Translations under genes and position numbers: made by a program
Notes under the pieces: model-generated
Told to the model about the DNA's origin: nothing
The model's input: only the letters and a program-made list of their open reading frames with translations
Database searches by the model: none
NCBI GenBank assembly: GCA_964016885.1
Contig: OZ024747.1
Span: 6,324,001 to 6,388,000 of the forward strand
Origin: Eledone cirrhosa
Taxonomy: Eukaryota
Reading direction: 5' to 3'
Length of the DNA stretch: 64,000 nt
Shown here: positions 46,181 to 60,329 of the stretch, piece after piece
Numbering within the stretch: position 1 is the stretch's first letter
Layout of the letters: every line of letters starts with the position of its first letter

Positions 46181-48243
46181 TCAGCTACACTTATGCCCTT
46201 CTCACCCTATCTAGGTGTTCTGTAGTTCCCCCTCAGCTACACTTATGCCCTTCTCACCCTATCTAGGTGTTCTGTAGTTCCCCCTCAGCTACACTTATGC
46301 CCTTCTCACCCTATCTAGGTGTTCTGTAGTTCCCCCTCAGCTACACTTATGCCCTTCTCACCCTATCTAGGTGTTCTGTAGTTCCCCCTCAGCTACACTT
46401 ATGCCCTTCTCACCCTATCTAGGTGTTCTGTAGTTCCCCCTCAGCTACACTTATGCCCTTCTCACCCTATCTAGGTGTTCTGTAGTTCCCCCTCAGCTAC
46501 ACTTATGCCCTTCTCACCCTATCTAGGTGCTCTGTATTCCCCCCTCAGGTACACTTATGCCCTTCTCACCCTATCTAGCTGTTCTGTAGTTCCCCCTCAG
46601 CTACACTTATGCCCTTCTCACCCTATCTAGGTGTTCTGTAGTTCCCCCTCAGCTACACTTATGCCCTTCTCACCCTATCTAGGTGTTCTGTAGTTCCCCC
46701 TCAGCTACACTTATGCCCTTCTCACCCTATCTAGGTGTTCTGTAGTTCCCCCTCAGCTACACTTATGCCCTTCTCACCCTATCTAGGTGTTCTGTAGTTC
46801 CCCCTCAGCTACACTTATGCCCTTCTCACCCTATCTAGGTGTTCTGTAGTTCCCCCTCAGCTACACTTATGCCCTTCTCACCCTATCTAGGTGTTCTGTA
46901 GTTCCCCCTCAGCTACACTTATGCCCTTCTCACCCTATCTAGGTGTTCTGTAGTTCCCCCTCAGCTACACTTATGCCCTTCTCACCCTATCTAGGTGCTC
47001 TGTATTCCCCCCTCAGGTACACTTATGCCCTTCTCACCCTATCTAGCTGTTCTGTAGTTCCCCCTCAGCTACACTTATGCCCTTCTCACCCTATCTAGGT
47101 GTTCTGTATTCCCCCCTCAGGTACACTTATGCCCTTCTCACCCTATCTAGGTGTTCTGTATTCCCCCCTCAGCTACACTTATGCCCTTCTCACCCTATCT
47201 AGGTGTTCTGTAGTTCCCCCTCAGCTACACTTATGCCCTTCTCACCCTATCTAGGTGTTCTGTAGTTCCCCCTCAGCTACACTTATGCCCTTCTCACCCT
47301 ATCTAGGTGTTCTGTAGTTCCCCCTCAGCTACACTTATGCCCTTCTCACCCTATCTAGGTGCTCTGTATTCCCCCCTCAGGTACACTTATGCCCTTCTCA
47401 CCCTATCTAGCTGTTCTGTAGTTCCCCCTCAGCTACACTTATGCCCTTCTCACCCTATCTAGGTGTTCTGTATTCCCCCCTCAGCTACACTTATGCCCTT
47501 CTCACCCTATCTAGGTGTTCTGTAGTTCCCCCTCAGCTACACTTATGCCCTTCTCACCCTATCTAGGTGTTCTGTAGTTCCCCCTCAGCTACACTTATGC
47601 CCTTCTCACCCTATCTAGGTGTTCTGTAGTTCCCCCTCAGCTACACTTATGCCCTTCTCACCCTATCTAGGTGTTCTGTAGTTCCCCCTCAGCTACACTT
47701 ATGCCCTTCTCACCCTATCTAGGTGCTCTGTATTCCCCCCTCAGGTACACTTATGCCCTTCTCACCCTATCTAGCTGTTCTGTAGTTCCCCCTCAGCTAC
47801 ACTTATGCCCTTCTCACCCTATCTAGGTGCTCTGTATTCCCCCCTCAGGTACACTTATGCCCTTCTCACCCTATCTAGCTGTTCTGTAGTTCCCCCTCAG
47901 CTACACTTATGCCCTTCTCACCCTATCTAGCTGTTCTGTAGTTCCCCCTCAGCTACACTTATGCCCTTCTCACCCTATCTAGCTGTTCTGTAGTTCCCCC
48001 TCAGCTACACTTATGCCCTTCTCACCCTATCTAGGTGTTCTGTAGTTCCCCCTCAGCTACACTTATGCCCTTCTCACCCTATCTAGGTGTTCTGTAGTTC
48101 CCCCTCAGGTACACTTATGCCCTTCTCACCCTATCTAGGTGTTCTGTAGTTCCCCCTCAGCTACACTTATGCCCTTCTCACCCTATCTAGGTGTTCTGTA
48201 GTTCCCCCTCAGCTACACTTATGCCCTTCTCACCCTATCTAGG
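46181..48243. repeat. 52-bp satellite, about 40 nearly identical copies
   Basis: tcagctacacttatgcccttctcaccctatctaggtgttctgtagttccccc. Confidence 0.97.
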
Positions 48244-48327
48244 AGATGATGGAAATCTGAAAAAAATAACCCTTTCAAAAAAAAAAAAAGAAATGGGATG
48301 AGGCCACAGATCTGTGCCAAATAATAA

Positions 48328-48790
48328 TTCTTACTAATATTGGCGCAAGGCCAGCAATTTGGAGGAAGAGGAATGGCGGCTATATTGACCTTGGTACTTT
48401 ATTTTATTGACACTGGAAATATGAAAGGCAAAGTTGACTTCGGCGAGATTTGAACTCAGAACGAAGGAATTCGTAACTAAATACCACAAAGCATTAAAGT
48501 ACCAGTAATACACTGGGTAATTGCTGGCCTTGTGCCTAACGTAGAAACAATTATGTCCCACATTCCAACAATACTGCCAATCCACCTCCTTTAAAATGAT
48601 AACAGATTAGAGGAAAGGGAGAGTTGATTAAATCAACCCTAGCTTAACTGGTATTTCATTTTATCGTCCCCTAAAAAGATTGAAAAGCAAAGTTAACTTC
48701 GGAAGGATTTGAACTGAGGAATGTAAAGAGCGTCGAACAAATACTGCTAAGCATTTCTCCAACACTAACTCCTCACAATCCACCGCTCTA
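48328..48790. mobile_element. SINE-A cluster, mixed orientation
   Basis: About 48328-48495 (-), 48497-48552 (+) and 48610-48790 (-). Confidence 0.75.
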
Positions 48791-49423
48791 TATGTGCCAA
48801 ATAAAAAATGATAATAAGTAGCCGACCTGGTCGTAACCTCTGACCTTTACAGTTCAAATGTCTCAAGCCGAGTCCTCAACTCCTCCACACATTTACTCCA
48901 TCAAGTGAAATATTTAAGTTATTAAAGCGATGACGATGATGATGATGATGATAATTATTTAAGACAGTAATTATCAATTTTAAATATCTACGATTGTCTA
49001 GGTCGGCTTGATTTTCACTTCCCATCTCTTTAGTGAAGTTCAGCCTCCTGAGATGAGCCTTCATTACCTCTCTCTCTCTCTCTCTCTCTCACAGGTTCCT
49101 TTCTCCACGTCCATTACTTGGTACATATTTTTTTACCCAACTGTCATCTTCTATACACATGTCTATAGAAGCCCACCAGTCTTCAGTCGTCATATTTGGT
49201 CTCCCCATTCTTTCCCGTTCTATCTCCTTCACACAGAAATGTATGAGTGTATATATATATAGCTAGATAGATAGAGAGAGAGAGATCTATGTATGGAGCA
49301 TAACTAACTACATGATAAGTAGGCATATTTTATTCTCTGTTTATATCAAATATATAAATGGAAAAATTAGCTTTTAAATCATTTTTAATTCTTTACACAT
49401 GTTTCAAGAGTTATATGCTCTGT

Positions 49424-49496
<73 letters not shown>

Positions 49497-49539
49497 TGTG
49501 TGTGTGCGTGTGCGTGTGTGTGTGGGGGGGGGTAGTGAA

Positions 49540-49617
49540 GGCGTGTGGCCGAGTGGTAAGAGAATTAGATTCGCAATCGTGAAGTTGTAAGTTCGATTCC
49601 TGCTCCAGTTCGATTCC
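49540..49617 (+). mobile_element. Isolated tRNA-derived SINE head (Pol III A/B boxes, duplicated B box)
   Basis: TGGCCGAGTGG A box; GTTCGATTCC at 49591 and 49608; no acceptor stem, so not called a tRNA gene. Confidence 0.6.
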
Positions 49618-49898
49618 TCTCAAATATCAAGTAATTAGCTGAATATCGTCTGCCAATCAATCAATATATACACATATATTCAAAATAGGGAGTGCACAAG
49701 GCAAATACAATGAAATAAAAATCAACGGGAAGACAGTCCCATCTCCTCAGTCAATCTCTGGAAATCACTACAGTTTCGGTTTAAGATCGATACCAACATT
49801 CCAGTGTACATTGGGACATAAAACAGAGACAAGTTACGGTAAAAGAACATAACTATATAACTATATGATGAGTTTACATGATTCTTTTTGCACAAGGA

Positions 49899-50070
49899 CG
49901 GTGGATTGGCAGTATTGGTAGAGGGTTGGACACCATGCTCTGCAGCATAGAGTTACGGTCCTTTACGTTCTAAGTTCAAATTTGCCTTTCATCCTTACGG
50001 GGTTGATAAAATAATACACCAGTAATACACTGAGATAATTGCTGGCCTTGTGCCAAAAATAGAAACAATT
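49899..50070 (+). mobile_element. SINE-A
   Basis: Family head and tail with a small internal deletion. Confidence 0.8.
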
Positions 50071-50071
50071 C

Positions 50072-50103
<32 letters not shown>

Positions 50104-50719
50104 GTATACTTTAGGTATAAACATACAAAGAACCTGTCAAACATTAACTGAAGTACTCAATACATGAGAGCAGTGTATAAGCTTTATCTTTTTAAAAGAT
50201 CCAGGGTTGTCAGAAACCAAATCAGTGTTTAACTGGAGCCACTGATCTCTCAGACGACCCTGCAGGGGGTGCGAAAGGGCAGCTTGTAGCAGATTATGGA
50301 GTGTCCTTGGGTGCGTTTTATCATGGCGCCAACACAAGGGCAGTTGTCATGTATTTGACACAACTGAAGAGTCCTCTTGATCCTTTGCTGGATGCTTTTT
50401 CTTATCACCAACCACTTTACAGAAAATTACATTTATACATTTATATAAACATACACATACATATATACATATATATATACATATATAATTACATTTATAC
50501 ATTTATATAAACATACACATACATAGATACATATATAATTACATTTATACAAACATACACATATATATATACATATATAATTACATTTATACATTTATAT
50601 AAACATACACATACATATATACATATATAATTACATTTATACATTTATATAAACATACACACACACATATATATATATACATATATAATTACAATTATAC
50701 ATTTATATAAATACACTAT

Positions 50720-51050
50720 ATCATCATCATTTCATTTTACGTCCGCTTTTCCCTGCTTGCAAGGGTGGGACGGGAACTGATTCTGGCTTGATTTCTACAG
50801 CTGGATGCCCTTTCTAACACCAACCTCATTTACAGTGAGTGCTGGGTGCTTTTTTGCCACGACCACTTTGCAGTGGAATGATATGGACCCCAGTCCCTAT
50901 CATCTCATTTCTACAGCTGAGTGAACTGGAGCAATGTGAAATAAAGTGTCTTGCTCAAGGAAACAACACATCACCAGGTCTGAGAATTGAACTCACAACC
51001 TTTCGATTGCAAGGCCAATGCTCTAACCACTAAGCCATGTGCCTCCATAT
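50720..51050 (-). mobile_element. SINE remnants: (GAT)n-tailed piece plus a tRNA-derived head
   Basis: catcatcat..ttttacgtcc..ggatgccctttctaacac; head reading atggcttagtggttagagc..gagttcaattc on the minus strand. Confidence 0.65.
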
Positions 51051-51176
51051 ACATATATATAACTACATTTATACATATATATAAATAAATACACTATATA
51101 TATATAATAGCCGTCGAAACGGTTTGAGCTCTGCCGTCGGGGTTAAACATTTTCCTATATATATATATATATATAG

Positions 51177-51358
51177 TTGTTTCTACTTTTGGCACAAGGC
51201 CAGCAATTTTCAGTGTATTACTGGTACTTTATTTTATCGACCCCGTAAGGATGAAAGGCTAAGTTAACATCGGCGGGATTTGAACTCAGAATGGCAAGGG
51301 CCGTAACTATGCGTCAAAGCATGGCGTCCGACCCTCTACCGATACTGCCAATCCACCG
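51177..51358 (-). mobile_element. SINE-A, full length
   Basis: Family motifs in reverse complement, CpGs retained. Confidence 0.85.
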
Positions 51359-51487
51359 TATAGCTATCACTATATATATATAGTGATAGCGAAATATGTA
51401 TTTACACGTATGTATGTGTGTGTGTGAAATTATGTCGTGTATGTATGTAAGATGTGTATATATATGTTGTGTCAAATTAACTGCTGA

Positions 51488-51561
<74 letters not shown>

Positions 51562-51656
51562 CATTAATAATTGCTTAAGATGTGTGTATTATACATTTTG
51601 CATTAGTGTATATATATATATATATATATGGGTGTGTGTTGATTGGAATTCAGAAG

Positions 51657-51704
<48 letters not shown>

Positions 51705-52115
51705 GGGGGAAATAAACATTGAACGTTGATGTATGTGTGTATGTATATATGTTTGTGTGGGTGTAAATTAAGTCTAGTTAGTATATATAGAATAACAGTT
51801 TGTCGTCATACACCCAATGGCAAAAAGAAATATAAATATATATATGTGTGTGTGTATATATATATATATAAATATATATATACGTGTTATGTGTGTATAT
51901 ATATATATATGTGTGTGTATATATATATATAAATGTATATATATATATATATATGTGTGTGTGTATATATATATATATAAATATATATGTGTATATATAT
52001 ATATATGTGTGTGTCTATATATAAATATATATGTGTATATATATATATATATATATGTGTGTGTATATATATATAAATATATATGTGTGTGTATATATAT
52101 ATAAATATATATGTG

Positions 52116-52146
<31 letters not shown>

Positions 52147-52159
52147 CTATATATAAATA

Positions 52160-52205
<46 letters not shown>

Positions 52206-52214
52206 ATATTCAAT

Positions 52215-52410
52215 AATCCCCGCCACCCCCATCGGCCATGCTAACTGGGTTAGAGTGGAGGTGGTGGTGGCGGCGATAGTATCAGCAAGAGGGAGATGTG
52301 GGGGGGGGGGCACAGCAGTAGGGCGAGGATTTGTCACGTGTGATCCGTTATGTCAAAGGTCAGAGATGTAAGGGGGGCGGCGAAGGGGGCGAAAAAAGAT
52401 AAGTGTAAGT
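52215..52410. promoter_or_regulatory. Candidate CpG-rich cis-regulatory module
   Basis: GTCACGTG E-box 52333-52340, DR1-like ATGTCA-A-AGGTCA 52350-52362, GC box 52373-52380 and GATA 52397-52403 within about 70 bp of GC-rich unique DNA. Confidence 0.3.
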
Positions 52411-52564
52411 GTGGAAGCAAAAGTTTAGTGAACGGAAAGAGAAGACACATATGTGTGTGTGAGAGAGGAAGAGAGTGAAGACGTACGAGAGAAAGGGGGA
52501 TATGAGAGAGAGAGAACGGGGGGGGAAATATGAGAGTCAGTGAGTTGAATGGTGAATTATCTTA

Positions 52565-54046
<1,482 letters not shown>

Positions 54047-54973
54047 GTGGTTTAACAGACAGCAAGAAGTGTGTTGCTATATTTTTACAGACTCATCGTT
54101 ACTCATTAGTTTCAACTATTATGATTTATCTATAACAAAACCACATATAAACCGCCCCCTCACTCACTGTGTTTGTACCTTGATCTGGTACCGTCCCAGG
54201 GAGTGTGGAACTTACAGGAAGGGGTGAGTTTACAGAGGCATAACTAGGGAAATTGCGACCCTGCCCAGCACTATATTTTTACCTATGGGCCTTATAATTT
54301 ATATAGATAGTTTAATGATCCAGCTACCATAGTGTTGTTAGCCATGATAATCAATGACAGATCATATATCTGAAAGAATTTCTTTTTCCACTCTCCGACG
54401 AGGCTGATTAGACTTTAATAGAACGTGCTCCTAGTCTAAGTGCCACGCGCTTCATGTGGAACCCAAGCCACGTGCCCTGCTTGTCATACCTTAGTTACAC
54501 CTCTGGGTATATGACACCACCCCATAAAAAAAAAAAGCTTTCCCTAAAAAATATTAGCGAGATCAGTGTAACAAAATATATTTCGGTATTTTAACACCAC
54601 TAATATATAATATATAATATATAATATATAATATATAATATATAATATATAATATATAATATATGCAACTCAAACGGTTGATTGCTCCGTCTTGAACTTA
54701 AATACACCCAAATTAAATCAAACCTAAGCAAACGTAAACCATACATTCGAACACAGACACCCAACCATACCGCTCAAGGATGAGCTAAACCATGCATATC
54801 CTTCATATATTAGAGTCGGGGCCCCACGATTGAGCTCTTGCCGTTTCACCAGCTACTTCCAGACAGGAACTAGCTGGTGAAACAGTAACAGTTCAGGTTG
54901 GAATTCAGATTATAAAGCGCCGTAACTAAATATGTTGTCCGATACTCTCATGATTTTACCAATTCAATAAAAA

Positions 54974-55180
54974 TTGTTTCCACTTTTGGCACAAGGCCAG
55001 CAATTTGAAGGCAAGTGGAAAGTACATTAAATCGACCCCAGTGCGTGACTGGTACTTTATTTTATCGACCCTGTAAGAATGAAAGGCAAAGCTAACCTCG
55101 GCAGGATTTGAACTCAGAACGTAAATGATCATTAATAATGCCACAAAGAATCTTCTTTGAGACTCTACCGATATTGCCAA
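54974..55180 (-). mobile_element. SINE-A
   Basis: Family motifs in reverse complement. Confidence 0.8.
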
Positions 55181-55964
55181 TACAATAATAATAATAATGA
55201 TTTCAGCTCCAAGCGTAGAGGCAGCTGTATAGTCAGTTAGTTCGATATCAAAAAATGGCCGGTTCTGGGTGGGTGGGATTGAAATCCCGAAACAAATGGA
55301 AATTGAATATAAGTTTTTTTGTCTTTTCTTTTGGTTAAAATTACCTACGTTGTAAATGCAATCAAGTTGCATTTACGTTAAAAGAAGCGCAATTGTATTT
55401 TTTTTAAATGGATTGTATTTGAAAGTAGCTCAAAATTAAATATTGTCCATAAATTAATCCTTTTGTTGCCATATTTCCAAATCATTTTGAAAAAAAAAAA
55501 AAAAAAAAAATTTCGTAGGATTTAGCAATAAAATTAATAATCTGGTGTTTAGAACATCATACATAAAATTATTACGGAAGGTTTTTAAGTTATTATAAAC
55601 ACTTAAAATAAACAGTTTTTGGTATCGTAGAACCAGAGGCGGTTTCGTATGGTTTGGTATCAAAGGTTTTTTAAAAAATAAAAAAACTGGATAAGAACTG
55701 TGTGTAGATCTGTTTCAATTCAAGTATTTGATAATTTAATATATTCAATTAAGATTTGTAAGTAGTAAGAAGGTCAATGTTGTTCTATGTAGCGCACCTT
55801 TCGTAATCCTGTCCTTGTTACAGACCCAACCTGGCTACCCTGATAGCAATTATTTCAACTACGATATTGAATCTTAACCACAACTCTTGTAGAAGAGTTT
55901 AATCGTGAAATTGGCAACATTCTTCCATTTTAAGTATCATAGAAATTCAGTAAGCTCCATATAT

Positions 55965-56070
55965 AATTGTTTCTACTTTAGGCACAAGGCCAGCAATTAC
56001 CCAGTACATTACTGGTACTTTATTTTATCGACCCCGTAAAAATGAAAGGCAAAGTTAACCTCGGCGGGAT
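55965..56070 (-). mobile_element. SINE-A, 5'-truncated
   Basis: Family 3' half. Confidence 0.8.
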
Positions 56071-56099
56071 AATGAATTGCATTGATAATCAAATGCTTC

Positions 56100-56470
56100 T
56101 TCTCTTCTTCGCCTACTTATTCCTGTGAAGGTCGTAGGGACAGAGTACTCAAACATTCCTTCTAGAGGGTCCTGTCAGAAGCAACCCTCTCCAACCGTGA
56201 CCAGCCAAGTTCATGGATGTTATCCAACTATTTTGCTCGGGGTCTACCCCTGGGTCTCTTGCTGGTTGGGCCTACCCCTGGGTCTCTTGCTGGCTGGTTT
56301 TGCCCGTAAAATCTGTCCAGAGATTCTTTCCTGAGACATTTTAACCCCATACCCATAAAATCGGAGCTGTGATCTCTCAATTCGGGGTGACTCTCTGAAC
56401 TCCGAGCTACACACTCTATCAAGTAATATTACTCCAAACACCCTTCGGCCGCTTGTGTTCGCGATCCAAT
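56100..56470 (-). mobile_element. RTE LINE 3' end fragment
   Basis: RIERSQLRFYG...SKRPRGRP C-terminal motif with frameshifts and a short internal duplication. Confidence 0.75.
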
Positions 56471-56662
56471 TCTTTTATAGACATTATTAAATAATTTAAT
56501 TTTACATAAATTAATGTCAATTACAATCACTTTCTTTTACCAATCAAATACCGTTCATTTTCACTTTACTGTTCGATTATGAACGGCCAGTATAAGAGAT
56601 TGCCGAATTCATGTGATACTAACAGACTTAAAACGAAATTAGAGAACAAATACCATCATTCA

Positions 56663-56713
<51 letters not shown>

Positions 56714-57078
56714 ACTGACTGATGGAATTTAGAAGAGTATTTACAAAAAAAAAATGTTAATGTTTGAAGTTGAAATGTTCGGCTGTGATGTACATTTTGC
56801 CAGAGAAGGAAGTACAACGCTCACAAATGACCCTTCTCGGGACCCCAGAGACTGATAGGAGGAAAGTCATAAGTTATCCTCAAACCGGAGGCCTGTTCCG
56901 AGTCCTTACAACAGATTTAACTCCGTTAAAAAGCCAGGTGGTGATGGATGTAAAACCAGGCGACGGTTTAACTCCACCACCCTAAAAACAAGAACAGTCT
57001 CTCCAACAGGCTTCCAGGCGGTTTCCGTCTACCAAATCTCAGAGACGGGGGGCTATATTATTCATAAGGTCCGTTTTT

Positions 57079-57111
<33 letters not shown>

Positions 57112-57477
57112 TTCTTTTTGCTGTAATGGGGTGAAAAGTTAGTGTGCCAAAGGTAAAGGGGAAATAGTTGAAAGTATTGAAGTAGGAGCTCGATCATAAG
57201 TCAGGCCCTGTTCATAAGGTACTTATTAATCAAACAAGGAACCACGTAGTTGAGAAGCGAACATCTTAACCAAACAGCTATCTATGCCTGGCGTGAACTA
57301 ACTAGGGAAACTGTGCCGTCAAAAATGATGGCAACAGCATTGAATGTATTTAATTCTTGGAATCTTGATTAGTGTACCATGTATACGAGAATTACTAAAT
57401 ATATAGATATATAGCGGTGCCCCAGCATGGCCTCAGCCGGATGGCTGAAACAGGTAAAAGAGTAAAAGAGTATATAT

Positions 57478-57659
57478 AACGAAGAAAGTGTGGTAAGGAA
57501 CCAGGTGGACCATAACGCACCAGAGTACTCAATACTTAGGGTAATAGAGTGGGTAATAGGAAAAGAGCTCGGGTCTTTTCGACCGCTATATCCGGACTAA
57601 ACCAGTAGTATCGAGCTGTCGAAACGGCCGAAGCTCAGCTGTCGGGCCCTTACTCTTTT

Positions 57660-57663
<4 letters not shown>
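57478..57663 (-). mobile_element. (TA)n-associated element with internal hairpin module; copies at 26930-26965, 59685-59775, 63085-63280
   Basis: Shared aacgaag.aagtgtggtaaggaacca.gtggaccataac..accagagtactc block; ataggaaaagag/ctcttttcctat inverted pair. Confidence 0.65.
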
Positions 57664-57721
<58 letters not shown>

Positions 57722-57764
57722 GAAATATTGTTGGCTTCACGCTCACAATAATTTCTATACTTTC

Positions 57765-57808
<44 letters not shown>

Positions 57809-58231
57809 AACAATTATACAAACTGGTATATGTGTGCGAGTAAATTTTAAAGATTTACAGACGGAGCTATATATAAATATACAAACACACGTGGCATATT
57901 AGAAGAAGGTTAGAAAGAATTATTGCAGTTGATAGAATTGATAATACTAGTTGTAAATAATGTTAGCTTGCATTTGAAGAATGAAGGGAGGGAGAAGACT
58001 TATTTTTAGAATGCTTTTCTTTATCTTTTATCCCCCCCCCCCCCTCTCCCCTATCTTGAAGCGTGGAAATAGTTTAAGTACATAATCTACGTTACACACA
58101 GGCACACATTAAGATTAAACATACTGACACATGCATAAAAATACACAAAACAGATAGATTACTCTTTGTTACTATCCTTCAGTTACCACTCAAACATTTA
58201 CTATAATAAATATTTACACTACATTTGTATG

Positions 58232-58296
<65 letters not shown>

Positions 58297-58449
58297 ATGT
58301 ATATATATATGTGTAATATATTATTCATTTGTATTTAATATACTCTACTATGTGTATTGAGTGTGTATACATTAAACACACATAAGAATGAGAGACTGAG
58401 AATAAACGGTTTGATGTGTTATAGAGACATCACTCAAAGTGATATATTT

Positions 58450-58452
58450 GTG

Positions 58453-58496
<44 letters not shown>

Positions 58497-58590
58497 GATG
58501 TTTCTCTCTCTCTCTCTCTAATATATATATATATATATAATGTGTGTGTGTCTAAATATATATATATGTCTCTCTAAATATAAGTGTGTG

Positions 58591-58635
<45 letters not shown>

Positions 58636-58778
58636 GTGTGTGTGTGTCTAAATATATATATATATGTCTCTCTAAATATAAGTGTGTGTCTCTCTTATAT
58701 ATATATATAAATATATATATATAATGTGTGTGTGTGTCTAAATATATATATATATGTCTCTCTAAATATAAGTGTGTG

Positions 58779-58821
<43 letters not shown>

Positions 58822-59684
58822 ATGTGTGTGTGTGTCTAAATATATATATATATGTCTCTAAATATAAGTGTGTGTCTCTCTCATATATATATATATATAA
58901 TGTGTGTGTGTGTCTAAATATATATATATATGTCTCTAAATATAAGTGTGTGTCTCTCTCATATATATATATATATATATAATGTGTGTGTGTGTCTAAA
59001 TATATATATATATGTCTCTCTAAATATAAGTGTGTGTCTCTCTCATATATATATGTATATATATATATATATATATCCAAAATTAAGATAAATTAAATGA
59101 ATTTAATCCAAATCAAAATTATGGGTGTCATGCCATCATATTATAAGGTATCTATTTTTGAAGTTCTAGTCAACTTTATTTGTTACCCACCTAGCTATGT
59201 GTGGTGACACGCTTGTAAACATTCTCTCCTGTCATTGTTCATGTTTTTATATATGTTAATCAATTTCTAGTTATTATATATATATATACATATCTTTCTC
59301 TCTCTCATATATATATACATATCTTTCTCTCTCATATATATACATATCTTTCTCTCTCTCATATATATATACATATCTTTCTCTCATATATATATATACA
59401 TATCTTTCTCTCTCATATATATATATATCTTTCTCTCTCTCATATATATATATACATATCTTTCTCTCTCATATATATACATATCTTTCTCTCTCTCATA
59501 TATATATACATATCTTTCTCTCTCATATATATATATATACATATCTTTCTCTCTCTCATATATATATATATACATATCTTTCTCTCTCTCATATATATAT
59601 ACATATCTTTCTCTCATATATATATATATACATATCTTTCTCTCATATATATATATATCTTTCTCTCTCTCATATATATATATA
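58450..59684. repeat. Two compound TA/TG/TC minisatellites (58500-59077, 59275-59684)
   Basis: Repeated tctaaatataagtgtgtgtctctctc and catatctttctctctc units. Confidence 0.9.
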
Positions 59685-59772
59685 ACGAAGGAAGTGTGGT
59701 AAGGAACCATGTGGACCATAACAGACCAGAGTACTCGATACTTTGGATAGAAGAGTAGGTTCTGACTCATTT

Positions 59773-59814
<42 letters not shown>

Positions 59815-59941
59815 AAAGTTTTATTTAAAATTGTTGGGTTACAACGAGTAAATATTTTATAACTGATATAAAGCACTCAACAAGTTTTGGAGTATATATA
59901 CGATATTAAACAAATGGAAACTATATTTATAAAACCATGTT

Positions 59942-60007
59942 TATTTCATTATACATATTTCAGGGATACCATATTAAAAATATGGCATGCCTTCTTCAGA
60001 TAAAATA
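59942..60007 (-). ncRNA. Minimal type I hammerhead ribozyme, inverted copy of 60089-60154
   Basis: Reverse complement reads tattttat CTGAAGA aggcatgccatatt ttt aatatggtatccct GAAA tatgtat A atgaaata; all core nucleotides present. Confidence 0.8.
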
Positions 60008-60088
60008 TTGATCAACTTCCATTTAAAATGGAAGTTGATCAATATTTTATGGTACGTCAAATTTATTTATAAAACTGCTTATATATTG

Positions 60089-60154
60089 TATTTTATCTGA
60101 AGAAGGCATTCCATATTTTTAATATGGTATCCCTGAAATATGTATAATGAAATA
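60089..60154 (+). ncRNA. Minimal type I hammerhead ribozyme
   Basis: Stem I tattttat/atgaaata; CUGAAGA at 60097-60103; long stem II (agg..ccatatt ttt aatatgg..cct); GAAA at 60135-60138; short stem III AUA-ug-UAU whose 8-mer is self-complementary with G.U pairs; AUA triplet, predicted cut after 60146. Confidence 0.8.
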
Positions 60155-60329
60155 AATATGGTTTTATAAATATAGTTTCCATTTGTTTAATATCGTATAT
60201 ATATATATATACACACACACAATACAAGTACAATATATATCTATATATCAATCAGAAAGTTATTTGACTCTAATATAGTCAGATAACTTCATGAAAAATA
60301 AGTATCAACTGAGATTTTGGCTTAAGTTA

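Larger units (their letters stand above)
59810..60203. mobile_element. Penelope-like pseudo-LTR / retrozyme-type remnant with inverted duplication
   Basis: 115-bp inverted arms at 59893-60007 and 60089-60203 with 2 mismatches, each with a hammerhead; flanked by (TA)n; no ORF. Confidence 0.6.

Noticed and set aside
46181-48243. CRISPR array or tandem hammerhead satellite
   Set aside because: No unique spacers; the minus strand has CTGAGGG rather than CUGAnGA and no GAAA box.
49540-49617. tRNA-Arg gene
   Set aside because: A and B boxes are present but the acceptor and anticodon stems do not pair.
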